Shown piece by piece: positions 47,969-63,090 of a DNA stretch of 64,000 nt; positions within the stretch are counted from its first letter, which is position 1, and each line of letters begins with the position of its first letter. The notes under the pieces were generated by a model that was given only the letters and a program-made list of their open reading frames with translations, did not search any database and had not been told where the DNA came from. Source of the DNA: Chrysomallon squamiferum (taxonomy: Eukaryota; Animalia; Mollusca); assembly GCA_012295275.1 (NCBI GenBank), contig CM022665.1, forward strand, positions 9,796,001-9,860,000. The letters run 5' to 3'. Both the position numbers and the translations under genes were made by a program.

Positions 47969-50376
47969 ATTTTTTTAATATTTTTTTTTTCTTTTTTTTT
48001 TTAAAAACACTAAAAAAAAAAAGCTGACTATTTGACAAAAAAGTTTTTTGCACTCACAGCATTTTTCATCTGAAATTGAGAAAAATTCTTGAACGTGACA
48101 TCCTGTACTGCTGTGTCATAGTTGAAATGAAATATTGTGCGAAATGAAACATGAGATTTAAAGAAGAGCATCAACAGATAGTGACACGAGTGTTTTCCAA
48201 AACTGCTGCAGGTTATAAGATAATTAAATTCTCTCTGATGTCTAATAGGTGCTGCTTTCAGCCTCAGAGTACTCAATCAATAGTAAGAAAAACATATGGA
48301 AATCACTTAACAGTTGCCAAACAACATCTTCTTTACACTGTTGTGAAAAAAACCTCACACATTATAATTATCTGAAAATTTACTTCATAAAATATTTAAC
48401 AGACTTGAGATGTTCCTAATGAAAAGAGAATAAAAAAAAAAAAAAAAAGGTTGTGTAAAGCTTCAAGAAAATAAAGCTTTCAACAGAAAATCTGAAATCA
48501 CGCAACACTCTTTTGTCCATATCCATTATGACTGTGTTTGCATGGCATAGATAGCTTGAAGAGAATAAATTCCATGTTAGTAATAATATATGATGAATTT
48601 CTTTCTATGTGTCTGCTGAAGAGTTGATGGAAGTGCCTTCACTTTTGTCTCTATTCATGCTAGGTGGGTTGCCACAGACTAGGACATACATTTGAGCTGA
48701 ATAATCCAGTGGAAGAAGAATCAGGTGGAGCATCTTTCACAAATAAGTTATCTGAATTAGAACAAGAAGAAGAAAAACAATTAGTTAATACTGATCATGA
48801 ATAATTCAAATGCTGGTAGAACGCTTAAGAAAAAAAAAAAAAAAAAAAAGCCCTGACAAATAAATGGTTTGATATTTGCTAAATGTCATCAGCTTATTAT
48901 GCACTAAGGACATCCTTTAAAACATTTGCCAATGGCAGTATCAAGTTCGCTGAGATACAATTATATTAAATTAAAAATAAAATGGTCACAGTGAAAAAGT
49001 ATTTATTTCATTGCTTATTGTAATTAGTAACAAAATCAGTAAAATTTGAAGTAACTGGTTGAGTAGACACAGTTGATATTTCAAAAGAAAAATAATATGT
49101 ATTTTCACATAAAACATGCTACAAGAAACATGAAATTCATTTAGTGAAAAAACATATATATGTTTACATCACACATTTTAATCTGGAAGCAACATATTGA
49201 ATCAAACAACCAAATCTCATTCAGTGATAAAAACTTTATTCTTATTTACTGTGCATTTAAATTACTTTTTCAAAAAAAAAAGAAGATACATAATTTCAGT
49301 GTGAATCTGTCTTCAAATACAATAAACTATTGAATGAATACGATCTATTTAAAACATTCATTGCTGTTTATTCAAAAAATAAAAAAAATAAAAAAGGATA
49401 TTTGAATGTAGGCTTGTATGTGTTTTTGTGTATAAGTAGGACACAACAATTATTTTTAAAATCAGTTGAAAGTAGCCATTGTTTGATATTTTCAAGTTGT
49501 TTGCTAATGACAAAGAATTTGTTAAGATGTGTGTAGTTTGAGAAAAAAATCAAATAACTATTTTTAACTCATAACTGCAAAATACTTTGGGTTTTTTGTT
49601 GATACAATACAAACATATTTTTACTAAATAATTACTAAAATGATTGACAATCAAAATAAAATTAAAATAATAATAACAAAGATATGAAATGTGGTGAAAT
49701 ATTGTAATTTGAAAAATCTGAATTGTGCTTTTTATTATTAAATATTTATTTCTTAATAATGTTACTGCTATTTACTACCATTGTTATTGTTGTTGTTGTT
49801 GTTATTATTATTATTATTATTATTACTCTTATTGTTGTTTATTTTAGTTGGTTTTGCAATTTGTTTATTATATTTAATTCATATTAATTTTATGGGTAAA
49901 TGATTAAATATAATTATATTCTTTATATAAAAAAATTAAAAGAAAGAAAGAAAGAAAAAAAACAGTCTGACAAACAAAGCTGAAACAAAATTTAATAATG
50001 AAGGTAATATTCTTTTATAAAATACAGTCACAAGATTAGAAATTAATCTGGCTCAATTTAGTAACAAAATATTCTGATAAAAAGATAATAGAGTGGAAAA
50101 AAATTAATTTAAAACCCTACACAACAATGAATGTGTTTAAATAATGGTATATATCAAAGAAAAACACATAAACTGTAAAAGGATCTGACAGAAGGATTTA
50201 ACAAGTGAAATGTGAGCCAAGCTGTGTATTAACTTTTTACAGTGAATAAAATTAAATTAAATTAAATTAAAATAAATAAGTAAATAAATAAATAAAATAA
50301 AATAAATAAATAAGTAAATAAATGAACAAAATGAAATAAAATAAATAAGTAAATAAATCAATAAAATAAAATAAAA

Positions 50377-50407
<31 letters not shown>

Positions 50408-52899
50408 ATGATTTAAAAGTAAATAAATGAAAATAAAAATAAGAATAAAATAAATAAATAAAGAAAAGAAAGAAAATAAAATAAATAAATAATGATAAAA
50501 AAAAATGAATAAAATATATTAAAATAAAAAAAGATAAATAAACCTACAAAGAACCACAGCATTATTATTTTTTTTTTATAAAACAGCATTCTATATCAAA
50601 TCACACTAATGAAAAATCTAACATATTGAAATTACTGCCAAACCAGATTCATTGAAAAAAGGTTAACTGAAAACAATCACACATAAAATATATATTTGAT
50701 TACTACTTGTATGTTTGTATCATCTTGCTTCCTGTCATGTTCACACACAGGGAGAACAATCTCTCATTATTATTTAAACATATCAGTGTCTCATTAACAA
50801 TATATATTTTAAGGTAAAACAATTTAAACTTTCACACCAGTCTTGGTGGCTAAACAAGAATCCAGTTTAACATTAGTAATTGCCAAAACAACAGGATTTT
50901 GTTTTTCTTTTTCAGTTTGTTTATGGATATTATTAACTAGTTTCTTGGTATTTTTAATTTGTTTCTTGTTATTTTCAACAAGCTTCCAAGTGTTTTCAGC
51001 TTGTTTCTGAATTAAGTTTTTTTATTTCTTTTATTTACTTATTTAGTTATTTTATTTATCATTATTTATTTTATTTTATTTTATTTATATACATATATAT
51101 TTTTATTATTTATTTATTTATTTTTTATTTTATTCTTTCATTTTTTTTTTATTTAATCTTTTTTTATATTTTTTTTTTTTTAACTTTTTTAGTATTTTTC
51201 AGTTTGTTAATGGATATATTCAGTTTAATTGTTTCTTGTATATTCCATTTGTTTCTTGATATTTTCAACATTTTTGTTATTTTCTGTATCAGTGTATGGT
51301 GACTTTTTGGTTATGGAATGCTGAGGGGTTGATTTGTATCAATACATAACCTGCAGTACTAATCATACTACATCCATCTTTAAAGAACATTTTTTTTTTT
51401 CTTTCTTTATGCTTTGTCTAATATTTTCCACTGTTTTGCCAAAATCTAACAGAGCATTTGCCAATCTCTTTGCTTCCTAACAGAGAAATTTATCTGCAGT
51501 TCTGTTCATCAATCCATACAGGAATAAAAAAAAATACGAATTATATAAATACAAAAGAAATTCTATAAATGTTAGAGAAGTTGTAAGTCTCATTATAATT
51601 ATGTCCATATGTTGGTTATAAATGTACTTTTCAGTGAAATAGTTTTCACTGATACTTAATCTGTGTACTGTACATATGAATCAATAATACTATAACAAGG
51701 AAAGCTTAATTAATTCTATTTAATCAGAATACTGGAATTATTATAAATCTTTTAGTTAATAATAAAGATGAAAAAAAAATCAATTATATAAAATTAAAGA
51801 ATAAAAAAAAATAAAAAAAAAACATTCTAAAATTTGAAAAACAAAATATCAGGGGTTTTTTTAAAGACAGTAATATAGTTAATTTGTAGTTTTACTATAA
51901 TTAACTGATATGGTATGATCATATATAATTCCATTAACTCAAGAAAGGTTTTAAAATATAATTTGTTTTATTTGAAAGAAAGGAAGGAAAGAAGAAATGT
52001 TTGTACGGAATTAATTTATATTTTAATTTTTTGTTACCTATATATAAAAATTGCAGCCTTTTGCTATCTCAGCCCTGTGTGAACCTGTTAAAAAATGTAA
52101 CCAAGTTTCAAAGACAGAGTAACTGACAAATGTAAGTATAAGGATTATGCAGTTTGATTAATTGCCAGACAAAATAGTTTTTTGGGAAACAGAGTCTCAA
52201 AAGGGATTCACATATATTATTTTAATAATTATAATGTGTGTGGACTCCCTTTAAAATTGTATTTTCAATATAACCCTGGTCATTTCCATAACTTTAGTGA
52301 TATGTTAATTTTATTATTTACAGTACCTGTATACAATACATAATAGGTAGCACTAGCTAGAACATAATGTTTCTTTCTGATGTGTCCACCTATCTCTAAA
52401 CAATCCAAAGCAAATAAATCATTATTTTCAGAATATTTATCTTCATAAATAAAGCTTTTTGAAGACTCTAAGAGCTCTTCTGTTGTTGAAAAATAGCAAA
52501 ACAATGTGTAGATTGTCAAATTCCGAAATTGTTTATTTATCTTTGTTCAACAATTTTATTGTCCTCAGACATTATCTGAGCTGTGTTAGAACTGGATATA
52601 ATGATGAATGACATGAAACAAACAGGATGATTTATCTGAACAATTCATTCAGAGTTTGTTATATTCCATGACAATGAAATTTGTGTGGTGGCATATAAAT
52701 GTAAGAGATATATTTTAAAATTTTATGTGTTTGCTTATTGTTCCAGTCCAGTGAATCATTTATAGAAAATTTATTCAGCATGAAATTACCAAAAAAAAAA
52801 AAAAAATAATAATAATAACCTAAAAAAACAAAATAAACCAAATAAAATATAAAAGAGATAAAAGAGGAAATATAAATAAATAAAATAAAATAAAATAAA

Positions 52900-52935
<36 letters not shown>

Positions 52936-54641
52936 ATCAAAATAAAATAAAACAAACAATCAAACAAATGAATAAAATAAAATAAAATAATAATAATAAT
53001 AATAATAATAAATAATAATAAAAATCCTTACAGTTACTAGAGAGCACTAACTTCATTTTGAATCATCATAAATAACTGAGATCTGTGTAATTTCAAAGCT
53101 TGTATTTTCTAGTTTCTAAATAATGAAAACTAAAAATTGTTTCACAAAAATGTTATTTTTTGGTATGAGCTGGTCACTTAGTGTAATATTTTTGGACTTT
53201 TCCAGTTAGTTCTTGACAGCATCTGGAACTATGATTTGATCCCATTACATATCAGTATTAGTTATTATGACTTATCCACTGCACCACCTGCTGCATTTTT
53301 GTTTTTTTAAATTGTTATATTATTAAAAAAAGTAAAAACAAAAAAATATTTTTCATATTTTTGGAGGTATTTGTATATGCACAGGAACTGCAGAGTTTTC
53401 TTGGTTTCATTTTATTTTATTTTACACACAGTGTGACATATACAAGAATAAAGGAAAGACAACATAAAAAAAAGAAAAAAAAAACTAAATTAAATTAAAA
53501 AAAAGAAACATTAAAGACAAGAAAAAAGAAATAACAGAGATCATGGATTTAGTTTAATTTTGTTTGTTGACATAATAAAATATATTTATGAGCTTCAGCT
53601 GAATAGAAACAGAAAAAATATCAGTTCAATAAAAGATTAAGAACCGGTTTATAGTTCTACAAAAAAAATATTTATTTCTGAATTAAAAAAAAAAAAAAAA
53701 TATTTAAAAACCCAATGTGAAGGTTGTTTAGAAAGATTTTAAAAATTACTGATATCTAAAGAGAGGAAAATTTTGAATTTTTTAAATGAATAAAAAAAAA
53801 AAAAAAAAAATATTAAAGTGTTTTGCTATATAATATACTATATAAGATTGTCGACAAGTGAAAAGTATGCAGGTTTCAATACCTTGTCTTCATATTTTTT
53901 TTTCTTTCTACCTCCCTCTACCTTCCTCTATCTCACATACAAGCATAATTATTTACCCTCCCACACTAACACACCAAAATCCCCCCTCAAAAAAATGAAC
54001 CCACATTCACATACATGCCTGCATATTCAGGTTATAAAATATTAATTGATTAAGTCTTATATCGTTAAAATCACAAATATAACTGTTTGTTTACCACTCA
54101 AAACATACAAAATACATTAATGACCACACACAATTACTTACATAAACTTTAGGATCCCTAAGCATGCGTACATTTTGTCCTATAGGACAATCACCCCATG
54201 ACATCTACAGATTTAAAAAACCCATCCAGTCAATCAGAAATGAAATCATTACTAATACAAATTTTAGCAGATTCAATAAACACACAGACAAACAGATATG
54301 AGTTGGTATTAGCTCTTTTTGTATTTTCAATTAAAAGAGTGAAATGTTATCTGCTTCGACAGTGTGAGTGAGGTTTCATTTTGCAACCACTACAACACAG
54401 TCTGCATGTGAGAACATTTCCTGTAGTTGCTGGCCGATTTCTTCAGTGGCTATCCTTTTACTTGTGTAATTAAAAATGAATGAAAAGAAGTGAATTATAT
54501 CAGGGAACTATACTAGACTAGTTCTTAAGAGAACAAAAAAATATTGTAATAGAACTGATTAAAAAAAAATACTGTAACATGAACTGATTAAAAAAAAAAA
54601 TTGTAACAAGAATTGATGACAAAATACAAAAAAAAAAAAAA

Positions 54642-54685
<44 letters not shown>

Positions 54686-54782
54686 TAAATTAAATAAAAT
54701 AAAATAAATAAATAAAATCAACAACAAAGAAGAATTGATGAAAAATTAAACACTAACACATAAAAAAATAAAACAGTAAAAA

Positions 54783-54818
<36 letters not shown>

Positions 54819-55204
54819 CTAACAAGAATTGATGAAAAAACATGGTATCAGAATTTATGAAACAAATGTAACACGAAATTGATAGGAAAAGATAATGTAA
54901 CAAGAATTAATTGATAAAAATAAAAAATAAAAGTAAAAAAAGTAATACAAATTGATGAAAAAGAATACCCTAACAGGAAATGATAGAAAAAAAAAGTGAG
55001 ATAAAAACTGATAAAAACCTGAAACTTAATTGATGGAAAAAAATCAACAGTAAAATCGGCAATTAATTTAATTTTTATCAGTAACGCAAACAAGACAATG
55101 TCAAAAAAAACAAAAAAAACAACAACCAAAAACAAAGTAATTAAAATAAATCCTGCAAAGCAAGCAAAAATAAAATTTTTGCTGTATTAAAAGAAAACTG
55201 AATG

Positions 55205-55420
55205 AAGCAAGCTGTATAGTTCAAAGGTGAAATGCTTGCTTCAGGAATGTTGGGACTCAGGATCAACCCTCCACAGCATGCCGTTAGGGCTAAATCACAA
55301 TCCAGCCTATGTCTCATTGCTGGTTTTATGTGCTTTCCTCTTTATAAAAGATCTGTTTCTGCTAATGAAAATAATTTAGCAGATCTCCTCTGAAGATTGT
55401 ATATAATGTTTTATCTAAAT
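55205..55420 (+). mobile_element. Decayed SINE-like copy
   Basis: tRNA-like head (tatagttcaaaggtgaaatgcttgc...ggatcaaccctc) and tataaaagatctgtttctgctaat core. Confidence 0.45.
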
Positions 55421-55654
55421 AATGTTGGTGATAAAATAATTAATAGATATTTAACACTATCTTTTAATTTTCAAAAGTTAACACTATATTAACACTATAT
55501 TATTTATCTTTCATATCTATCAAAGATGAAAAGAAAGCACACAAACAAACAAAAACAATATATATAAAATAAAAATAAAATAAAATAATAATAATAACAA
55601 TAATATTAACAATAATAATAATAGTAATGGTAATAATAAAATACAATAAATTCA

Positions 55655-55693
<39 letters not shown>

Positions 55694-56619
55694 GAAATAT
55701 AATAGAAATAAATAAATAAATAATAAACTGAAAAAAAGAAAAGATTAAAAAAAGTGAAATTTTTATTTAATATTATTTGTGACATTCTAACAAATGAACC
55801 ACCTCACATTATCATTGATTTCAGTTTTGATATAAAAATATTTGCTTGTTGTTAAGTCTTTGTAAATTTTACAGTTCAAACAATCGTCAGCTGCTGCAAG
55901 TGGCATCCTTGCTAATCAAAAGAAATGTGAACCCTGGACAATCTTGCTGCATGCATAATTGAAGAACTAATAGTCCGAAGTGATCTGTTTCCATGTTTTC
56001 CTGTTCGTCTCAACACCAGACTATATTATTTATCGCTTGTTCTTTTACTGCTGTTTCAGTTAATATTTATTTTATATGCTGCTGATTTTAAGTTAACATT
56101 TGTATTATTAATTATGACTTATACCACTTAATAATAATGTTAGTAATATTAGTTAATAATGCTGAATGTTTATTTTTATATTTTTTACTTTATATATATC
56201 TATATATACATTACAATTTATGCTATTTGCTAACTGTATATATCAGTTAATAGTCATGTAAATTACTGTTATATTATTTATTTAATTACTCCTTAAATTA
56301 GTTAATATTTATATAAATTACTCTTTGAATCAATAGATATTTATATTAATTACAACTTATATCATTCAATATTTATATAAATCACTATTTATATCAGTTA
56401 ATAAATATGTAAATTACTAATTATATTAATTAATATTAATATTCATGGTTAATATTTAATAATCACTATAATATTATTATTTTTCCTGCCCTTCTGGTGC
56501 ATGGTGCAGAAACAATTAACTATAGTTGTTAATTATTACATTAATTACTACTTTTATTTTGTTAGTATCTTGTTTTTCTAGGAAAGACTTAAAAATATAT
56601 CTAACAAACCACCTGAACA

Positions 56620-56800
56620 TGCTGAAAACAGTGCCTAGAGTTCTGACCTCATATGTGATGGATTACAGGATCTATCCTAGTTAGTGTATCCTTTGGGCCA
56701 TTTCCAATTTCAGCCAGTGTCTTTACACAGACTTTTCACAAACTATGATACATGATTTGAAAGCTGCAGAAAAATGAATATAAAAGATTCCCTCTCTGTT
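56620..56800 (+). mobile_element. Decayed SINE-like copy
   Basis: ggatctatcct...ttgggccatttc...cagccagtg...gaatataaaagattccct. Confidence 0.45.
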
Positions 56801-57065
56801 GTTACAGTAAGAATAACTTATTTTTTTGAAAAACACATTTTTTTAACAAAAAAACATCACAAGTCTGAGACCTTAGAAAAGTATGTCAAGGCGTTAAATT
56901 GAAGATTCTCTATGGTGTGGTTTGATGTCTTTGTACAAGTAATTCTGTCTATGTAATCTGTCTATGTAATGATCTGTAATTAGTCTAGCCATTCCCTTTT
57001 CACCAGTCCTGAATTAAAAACTCCCATTGGTTTGTTTTAATAAAAAAAACAAGAATCTCTCCTTC

Positions 57066-57097
<32 letters not shown>

Positions 57098-57199
57098 GAA
57101 AAACGATTTAACCTACGCACTTTAAATAATAATAGTTTTACTCAGCAATTTAGTTAAAAGAAATAAAAATATAATAATAATGTTAATTTTAGGTAGACA

Positions 57200-57588
57200 A
57201 AAGTATTTTGTATCTGTTTTCTCAGCGTACTAATGTGGAATTCTCTCATTGTGAAACAAAATGATAAAAATGGAAAAGTTAAGCTTAGCTAGACAGAAAC
57301 ACAAGCAAAAGACTACCCAAAATATCTACTAGAACCCCACCTCAAAAAAATGAAATGATTTGAAAATAGTATTTTACATTTGTGTTCATACAATAACAGT
57401 TTACACAGTATCCTAATAGGAAATTCGCTAACAAAGAAACAAAATGATAATATGAAGAAATTAACTTCAGCTAGATAAAAGTATGTTAAATCAGTCTTTT
57501 AAATAAATTATAATGAGTTTCTTTATCAGTATAACTGGAAACAAAGTGATATGAAAAAATTAATTTTAGCTTGATAAAGGTATATTAA

Positions 57589-57625
<37 letters not shown>

Positions 57626-58140
57626 TTATTATTATTATTAATTTTTTTATTTAATACCAGTCTACCCAGCAATAAATGGGAAATCTCCTTCACCATAAAA
57701 CAAAATAATAGTATGAAAAATTAACTTAAATTTATGTTTTATATAATAACAATTTTCTCAGCAGTCTAATGGTATATTTCTTTACCATAAAAGAAAATAA
57801 TAACATTAAGAAATTAACTTCAGTATAAATACATCATATTTTTTTTTAATTCGTATAATAACATCCTTTGCAATGAAAAGAAAAATTACTATGAAAGAAA
57901 ATGACAATATGAAAAATTAACTACAAACTACATTATATCTGTGTTTTATATAATAACATCATCTGCAGTCCAGTGGGAAATTTCTTTACCATAAAATAAA
58001 ATAATGACTGCAATAAAAAGTAAACTGCAATAAAATTGCATCATATTTTTTTTATCTAACAATAACATTTTCTGCAACTGAATGGAAAATGTCTTTACCA
58101 TAAAACAAAATGATGATATGAAAACTTTAACTTTCAACAA
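57200..58140. repeat. Old degenerate tandem repeat (ggaaatttctttaccataaaacaaaatgataatatgaaaaattaact core)
   Basis: Core recurs about 8-9 times with variable spacing. Confidence 0.75.
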
Positions 58141-58319
58141 AAGTACGTCCTCTTTAGTCTAATTAGGCTCAGTGTAGTGATTCACAATATGTGATTAGTG
58201 ACTCATTAAGATAGTGATAAACAATCAGTTTGTAGGATATATGCTGCTACAATTGATTTCGAAAGACTAAGAATAGGATAGACTGTATTGATCATGTAAG
58301 GAAACTATGATGTATGGTA

Positions 58320-59220
58320 GCTAATGAACAGTTAGTATTGTAAGTTTTGACTGAGTGAAGAAATAATGAACACACTGTTTTTCTCTCATTTTGTGGCAAT
58401 GCAGGATAATCAGCATCAAAAATGTTTTGTCTTGCTTTGAGACAGAACTGAACAGCAGTTTGTAGTAATGTAATATTAGTGGTATTGACAAATATTTTGT
58501 CTTGTTTTGACCAGTAACGAAAAATTAGTATTGTTGACACATGTATTGCACAGGTATTTTTGTCACTTCTTTGTAATGAAAAATCATCAGCATTAAAACT
58601 ATATTTTGTCTTGTTTTGTTGTTTTAACATAACATATTGTTTTTCTGTCACTCATCTGTAATACAGTATCAACATTAAGAAATCTTAGTTTGCCTTGTGA
58701 AATATAATACACATTTTGCAGAGGTATTTCTGTCATTCCATTGTAATGAAAGATAATTTTTTTTTTCTTAATTTGACAGTTTCTGTTGTTGTTTTAACAG
58801 AGATAAAAATAGCACACGTATTTTTCTGACACTTTGTGGCAATGCAGTATTAGTGGCATTAAAAAATATTTTGTCATGTTTAGTCAATTTGTATTGTAAG
58901 TTTCAACCAAGAGAAAAATCAACATTTATATAATGTTTCTTAACTCCTCAGTAATGCGGGATCAGCAGCATTGAAAAATATTTTGTCTTGTTTTCATTTA
59001 TATAACTGTAGTTTGTTTAGTAAATTTTCAGAGAGTAAAAAATAACACACATACAGTTCTTCTGTCACCTCATGGTAATGCAGTGTTATCAGCATTCAAA
59101 ATGTCTTCTCTTTGTTTTGACTTACAACTAAAAAACAGTTTGTATTGTTAGTTTAAACTAAGAAAAACAACATGCCTATTGCACAGGTGTTTTTGTATCT
59201 TCTCTGTAATGCATTCTGTC
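58320..59220. repeat. Old degenerate ~115-120 bp tandem repeat
   Basis: Recurring gtaatgca...cagcattaaaaatattttgtcttgtttt...agtttgtattgtaagtt. Confidence 0.75.
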
Positions 59221-59293
59221 TTCTGTTGAGCAAAAACTAGTTGATGTTAGTTTGACTTTTTTTTTTTAAGTTCTTTTCAGCTAGACAAAATTA

Positions 59294-59813
59294 CAGGTAC
59301 TGAATCATTTATCCAGCAAGGTTTGGGACTGGAGGTGCTCTGGATTTCTGGATTTGCTGGATTTCTAGATACATACTAATAACATACTTCTTTTTTAATC
59401 CATTAAAAATTTTAAATTACCTGTATTGAATATGATCTATAATAAATAGGATGAAAATTAAACGAAGAAAAGAAAGAACATGATTTTATTTAAATGATAT
59501 CTGTACAAATTAACACTTCTTAAAACAATTAAAATATCGTGTATAATATATCAGATGAAAATTAAATAAATGAAAATAAAAAACATAATTTAATTTGACA
59601 GGTAGAATGACTTCTGTGAGAGATTTATCTCTACACAGCAACAGTCTCACTTAAACCTGTTCAAAGTGTATGTCATGGAAAAGACTGATGCAGCAAGTGA
59701 CAATTTGCTGTGTGACTAATTTAAAAGTAGTCACTTACTACTACTAATAATAATAACAATAATAACAAATAATTGCTGGTTTTCTGAATGCCAGATAAAT
59801 GGTTCGGTACCTG
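59294..59813. mobile_element. 520-bp MITE, Tc1/mariner-pogo type
   Basis: 25-bp terminal inverted repeats (CAGGTACTGAATCATTTATCCAGCA / CAGGTACCGAACCATTTATCTGGCA, 21/25), flanked on both sides by TA; no ORF. Confidence 0.8.
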
Positions 59814-61381
59814 TATATAATATTATTATGAATACCATAATAACAATTTTCTCAGTAATAATTCTGTATTTCTCAGTTACACCAAATCTAGAATTAAGTA
59901 GCATTTTGGTGGTAGTAAATTAAGCTAATTTGCATATTCTTTTTATCATAAATATCCTTTTGCTATACACAATTTCTATTTCTATAAAATTTTGTTTGGT
60001 TGCAAAAATATGCTTAGCTGTGCCTAATTAGCAATCATTAAAAATTCTATCCAAACTTAACTAACTGTACAACCTGGACTTTGGAAAAGCTCTTCAAATA
60101 TATTTTTAGTATTTCAAATTTATAATTTTTTTCTCTTTGAGTTATTAGACAATGTGGCATCCATGTAATCTTTTCTATCAAAAAACTAAAAAACTAAAAC
60201 ATTGTGTCTCAGTGATGTTTTCCAGTGCTAGCTTGAAATTCAGTACAGATACTTAATCCATGATTCAATGTGTGCAGTCACATATATTTTTCATTCTATA
60301 ATCAGTACTTTGGTGGGATGTATTATAGTTTATAGTAATAGTTACAACAAACACTGCATTTGTCATGGATGCAAGATCATAAAAATTAAAATAGTTTACT
60401 GTCTGGATTTGATGGTAAGATTGTATGATGTTACAGGAAACTAACATATAGTTTGCATTTTTCATTTTACATATCACAATCTACATACTGCTCTTGCCTG
60501 TTGTTTTTCTCTTAACCAATATGTACTTGATACCCAGTATGACTCGATTCACAGAAACAAACACATGTGCATGGACAAATACAAACACAGATATACACAC
60601 ACACCTACACAGGACACACACATGCACAACCTGCAGCCCGCATAAACCCCCAACACACACACACAAAATGGCAGTACAAAGATTATTATTCAGTGAAGCA
60701 CACTGTGTCCACTACTGTTCTTCACAAACATTGTAGGGAACTTATGTTCAAGTGAAGTGAAGCATATTGCTGTTATATGCTTCAGTAATGAATGACCACT
60801 TAGGAGACACCATGTGTATTTCACTTTCTCAAGTTCCGTTAGACGATACAAATGGTTTAAGAACAAATATGCTAGTTTTACACATATCACTAGTTTTGTC
60901 TCATTATTAATAACAAAGTTATCAAAGCATATGGAGAATGATATAATGTTTCAGTAATGAACTGTTTCCAGAGACCATCTGTATTTTGCTTGTTTCATCA
61001 GTAGATTTTGTTCATAAGAAACCCATTATTCAAAGTACACAGCACATGTTGAGAAATGTATTAATACTAAATAACTTGCAGAACACTATGCAGTGTTAAT
61101 CTAGCAATCACCAGTAAAATTAGAGGATACTTACAAAGCCCAAGGAGAGCAGCATTAGGAATAATGATACTAAATAGATCAGTAATAGATGAGATATTCT
61201 GATGGTGTCTGTATTTCACTTGCTTGACCAATACATTTTGTTTATAAGAATCCCACAAACATTGTAAGAAGATGCATAAATAATAGATGATGACTAAAAG
61301 GACTCTGTGCATACATTTTGTCTGTCTAATACCAGTAATGTAACAACATTCTCACAAAGAATGTGGTGAATATGAGGGCAG

Positions 61382-61415
<34 letters not shown>

Positions 61416-62246
61416 TGTATGTATGAATGCATGTTTGTATCTGTGTATGTATGACTGTATGTATAAGAGTAAATATGATTGTATGTATGTATATGTATAT
61501 GGCTGGCTGGCTGGATGTGTGTATGTATGCATGTCTGTATGAATGTGGGTGTATACATATGTACACAGACACACATACACAATATATCAGTAATTAATGA
61601 TTTCTTACAGGACACTGAATAATATTTATATTTAGTTTAACTATAATCAATGTTTATAAAATACCCAGTCAGAAACATATGGTGTTATATACACAAATCA
61701 GAAATAAACAAAGATTTATGAGATTATATTCCATTTTTTGTTTTTATTTGCTGTATCCAGTGAAGTTGTTTAAAACACTTATGTAATAATAATAATGACT
61801 TGCAATATAGTGTAACCGTTAACGTTATAGTATTCAAATAGAATTATAAATACGTGCTGAATGCATTTTTAACAGTGAATGAAGATTATAATTAAAAAAC
61901 ATATTTAGTCTTGCTCTGATTAATCATTTCTGTTCGTGTTTGACTGATTTGGTTTTATAAATTTAGATTTATATATACTGCTTTTAATGTGTGTTGAGTA
62001 GGTTGATTATTCACAGTTCACTGAATCATGTTAAATAATTTAAGTCAACCTATGTGTGAGATTTTTAAAATTTTTAATTCTATTTTTTACATTTTATTTC
62101 TTCTCATTAAACATTTCTCAAAAAGTGTAGTGATTCTGGTTTTTAATTTAGATTAACACATCATAATTTAAGATTGTTTTATATAATGTGTGTATATATG
62201 TATATATATATATATATATATTTACATACATATATGTATGTATATA

Positions 62247-62284
<38 letters not shown>

Positions 62285-62734
62285 AAAAAGCTTGTTTGTT
62301 ATATAATATATTTTATCTTTTCTGATAAACCATTTCTCTGAATCAGATGTATCCATTTAGGTTTGCATGTGTGTGAGACTGGTTTATTTATTTTATTTTA
62401 TTATAATTAATAATTTCTGTCCATGGCTGGCTGAATCTGGTTTGTTAATTTACGTTTACATGTGTTTAAGATTGTTCTGTTAAGAAGATCACAGATGTTA
62501 TTGTTGTGGAGATTTGCTTCTCTGTTTTGTTAATCAATAATTATCAGATCATCTTTTTTTTCTCTTTCTAAGGCTGCCTTTGTTTGATTTCTTTTGCATT
62601 TTGTTATGTAAAAATAGGTTCTATTTTAATCCTTTTTTCATAATCCACGTATTGTTTTGTCTTCTTCTGATGATCGATGTTCATATTAAAAACACAAGAA
62701 AACTATTTTAATAAGTTTTATATAAAGGATTTAA

Positions 62735-63090
62735 AGTAATGGCAACAGTGACCTAAAGAGAATGGCTGTTCTGACCTACATAGAATAATTGTTACAATGA
62801 TCTATATTGAAATACTGTTTGAAGTGACCCATATTAAAGTAATGGTTATATTGACCTGTATAGAAGAACGGTTCTAATGATCTATATATAAGTCATGGAT
62901 GTAGTGACCTATACAGAAGCATTGTCAATACTGACCTAAATCGAAGTAATGGTTGCAGTGACCAATATAAAATTAATGATTGGAGTGACCTGTATAGAAG
63001 TAATAGCTGCAATAACCTACAGAATGGCAGTAATAACCTATATAGAAGTAATAATGGTAGTGACCTATATTATTCTGTAATGACCTACAC
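62735..63090. repeat. Degenerate ~26-27 bp minisatellite (gtgacctatatagaagtaatgg...)
   Basis: tgacct/tgatct core at ~26-27 bp spacing, about 13 copies. Confidence 0.85.
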
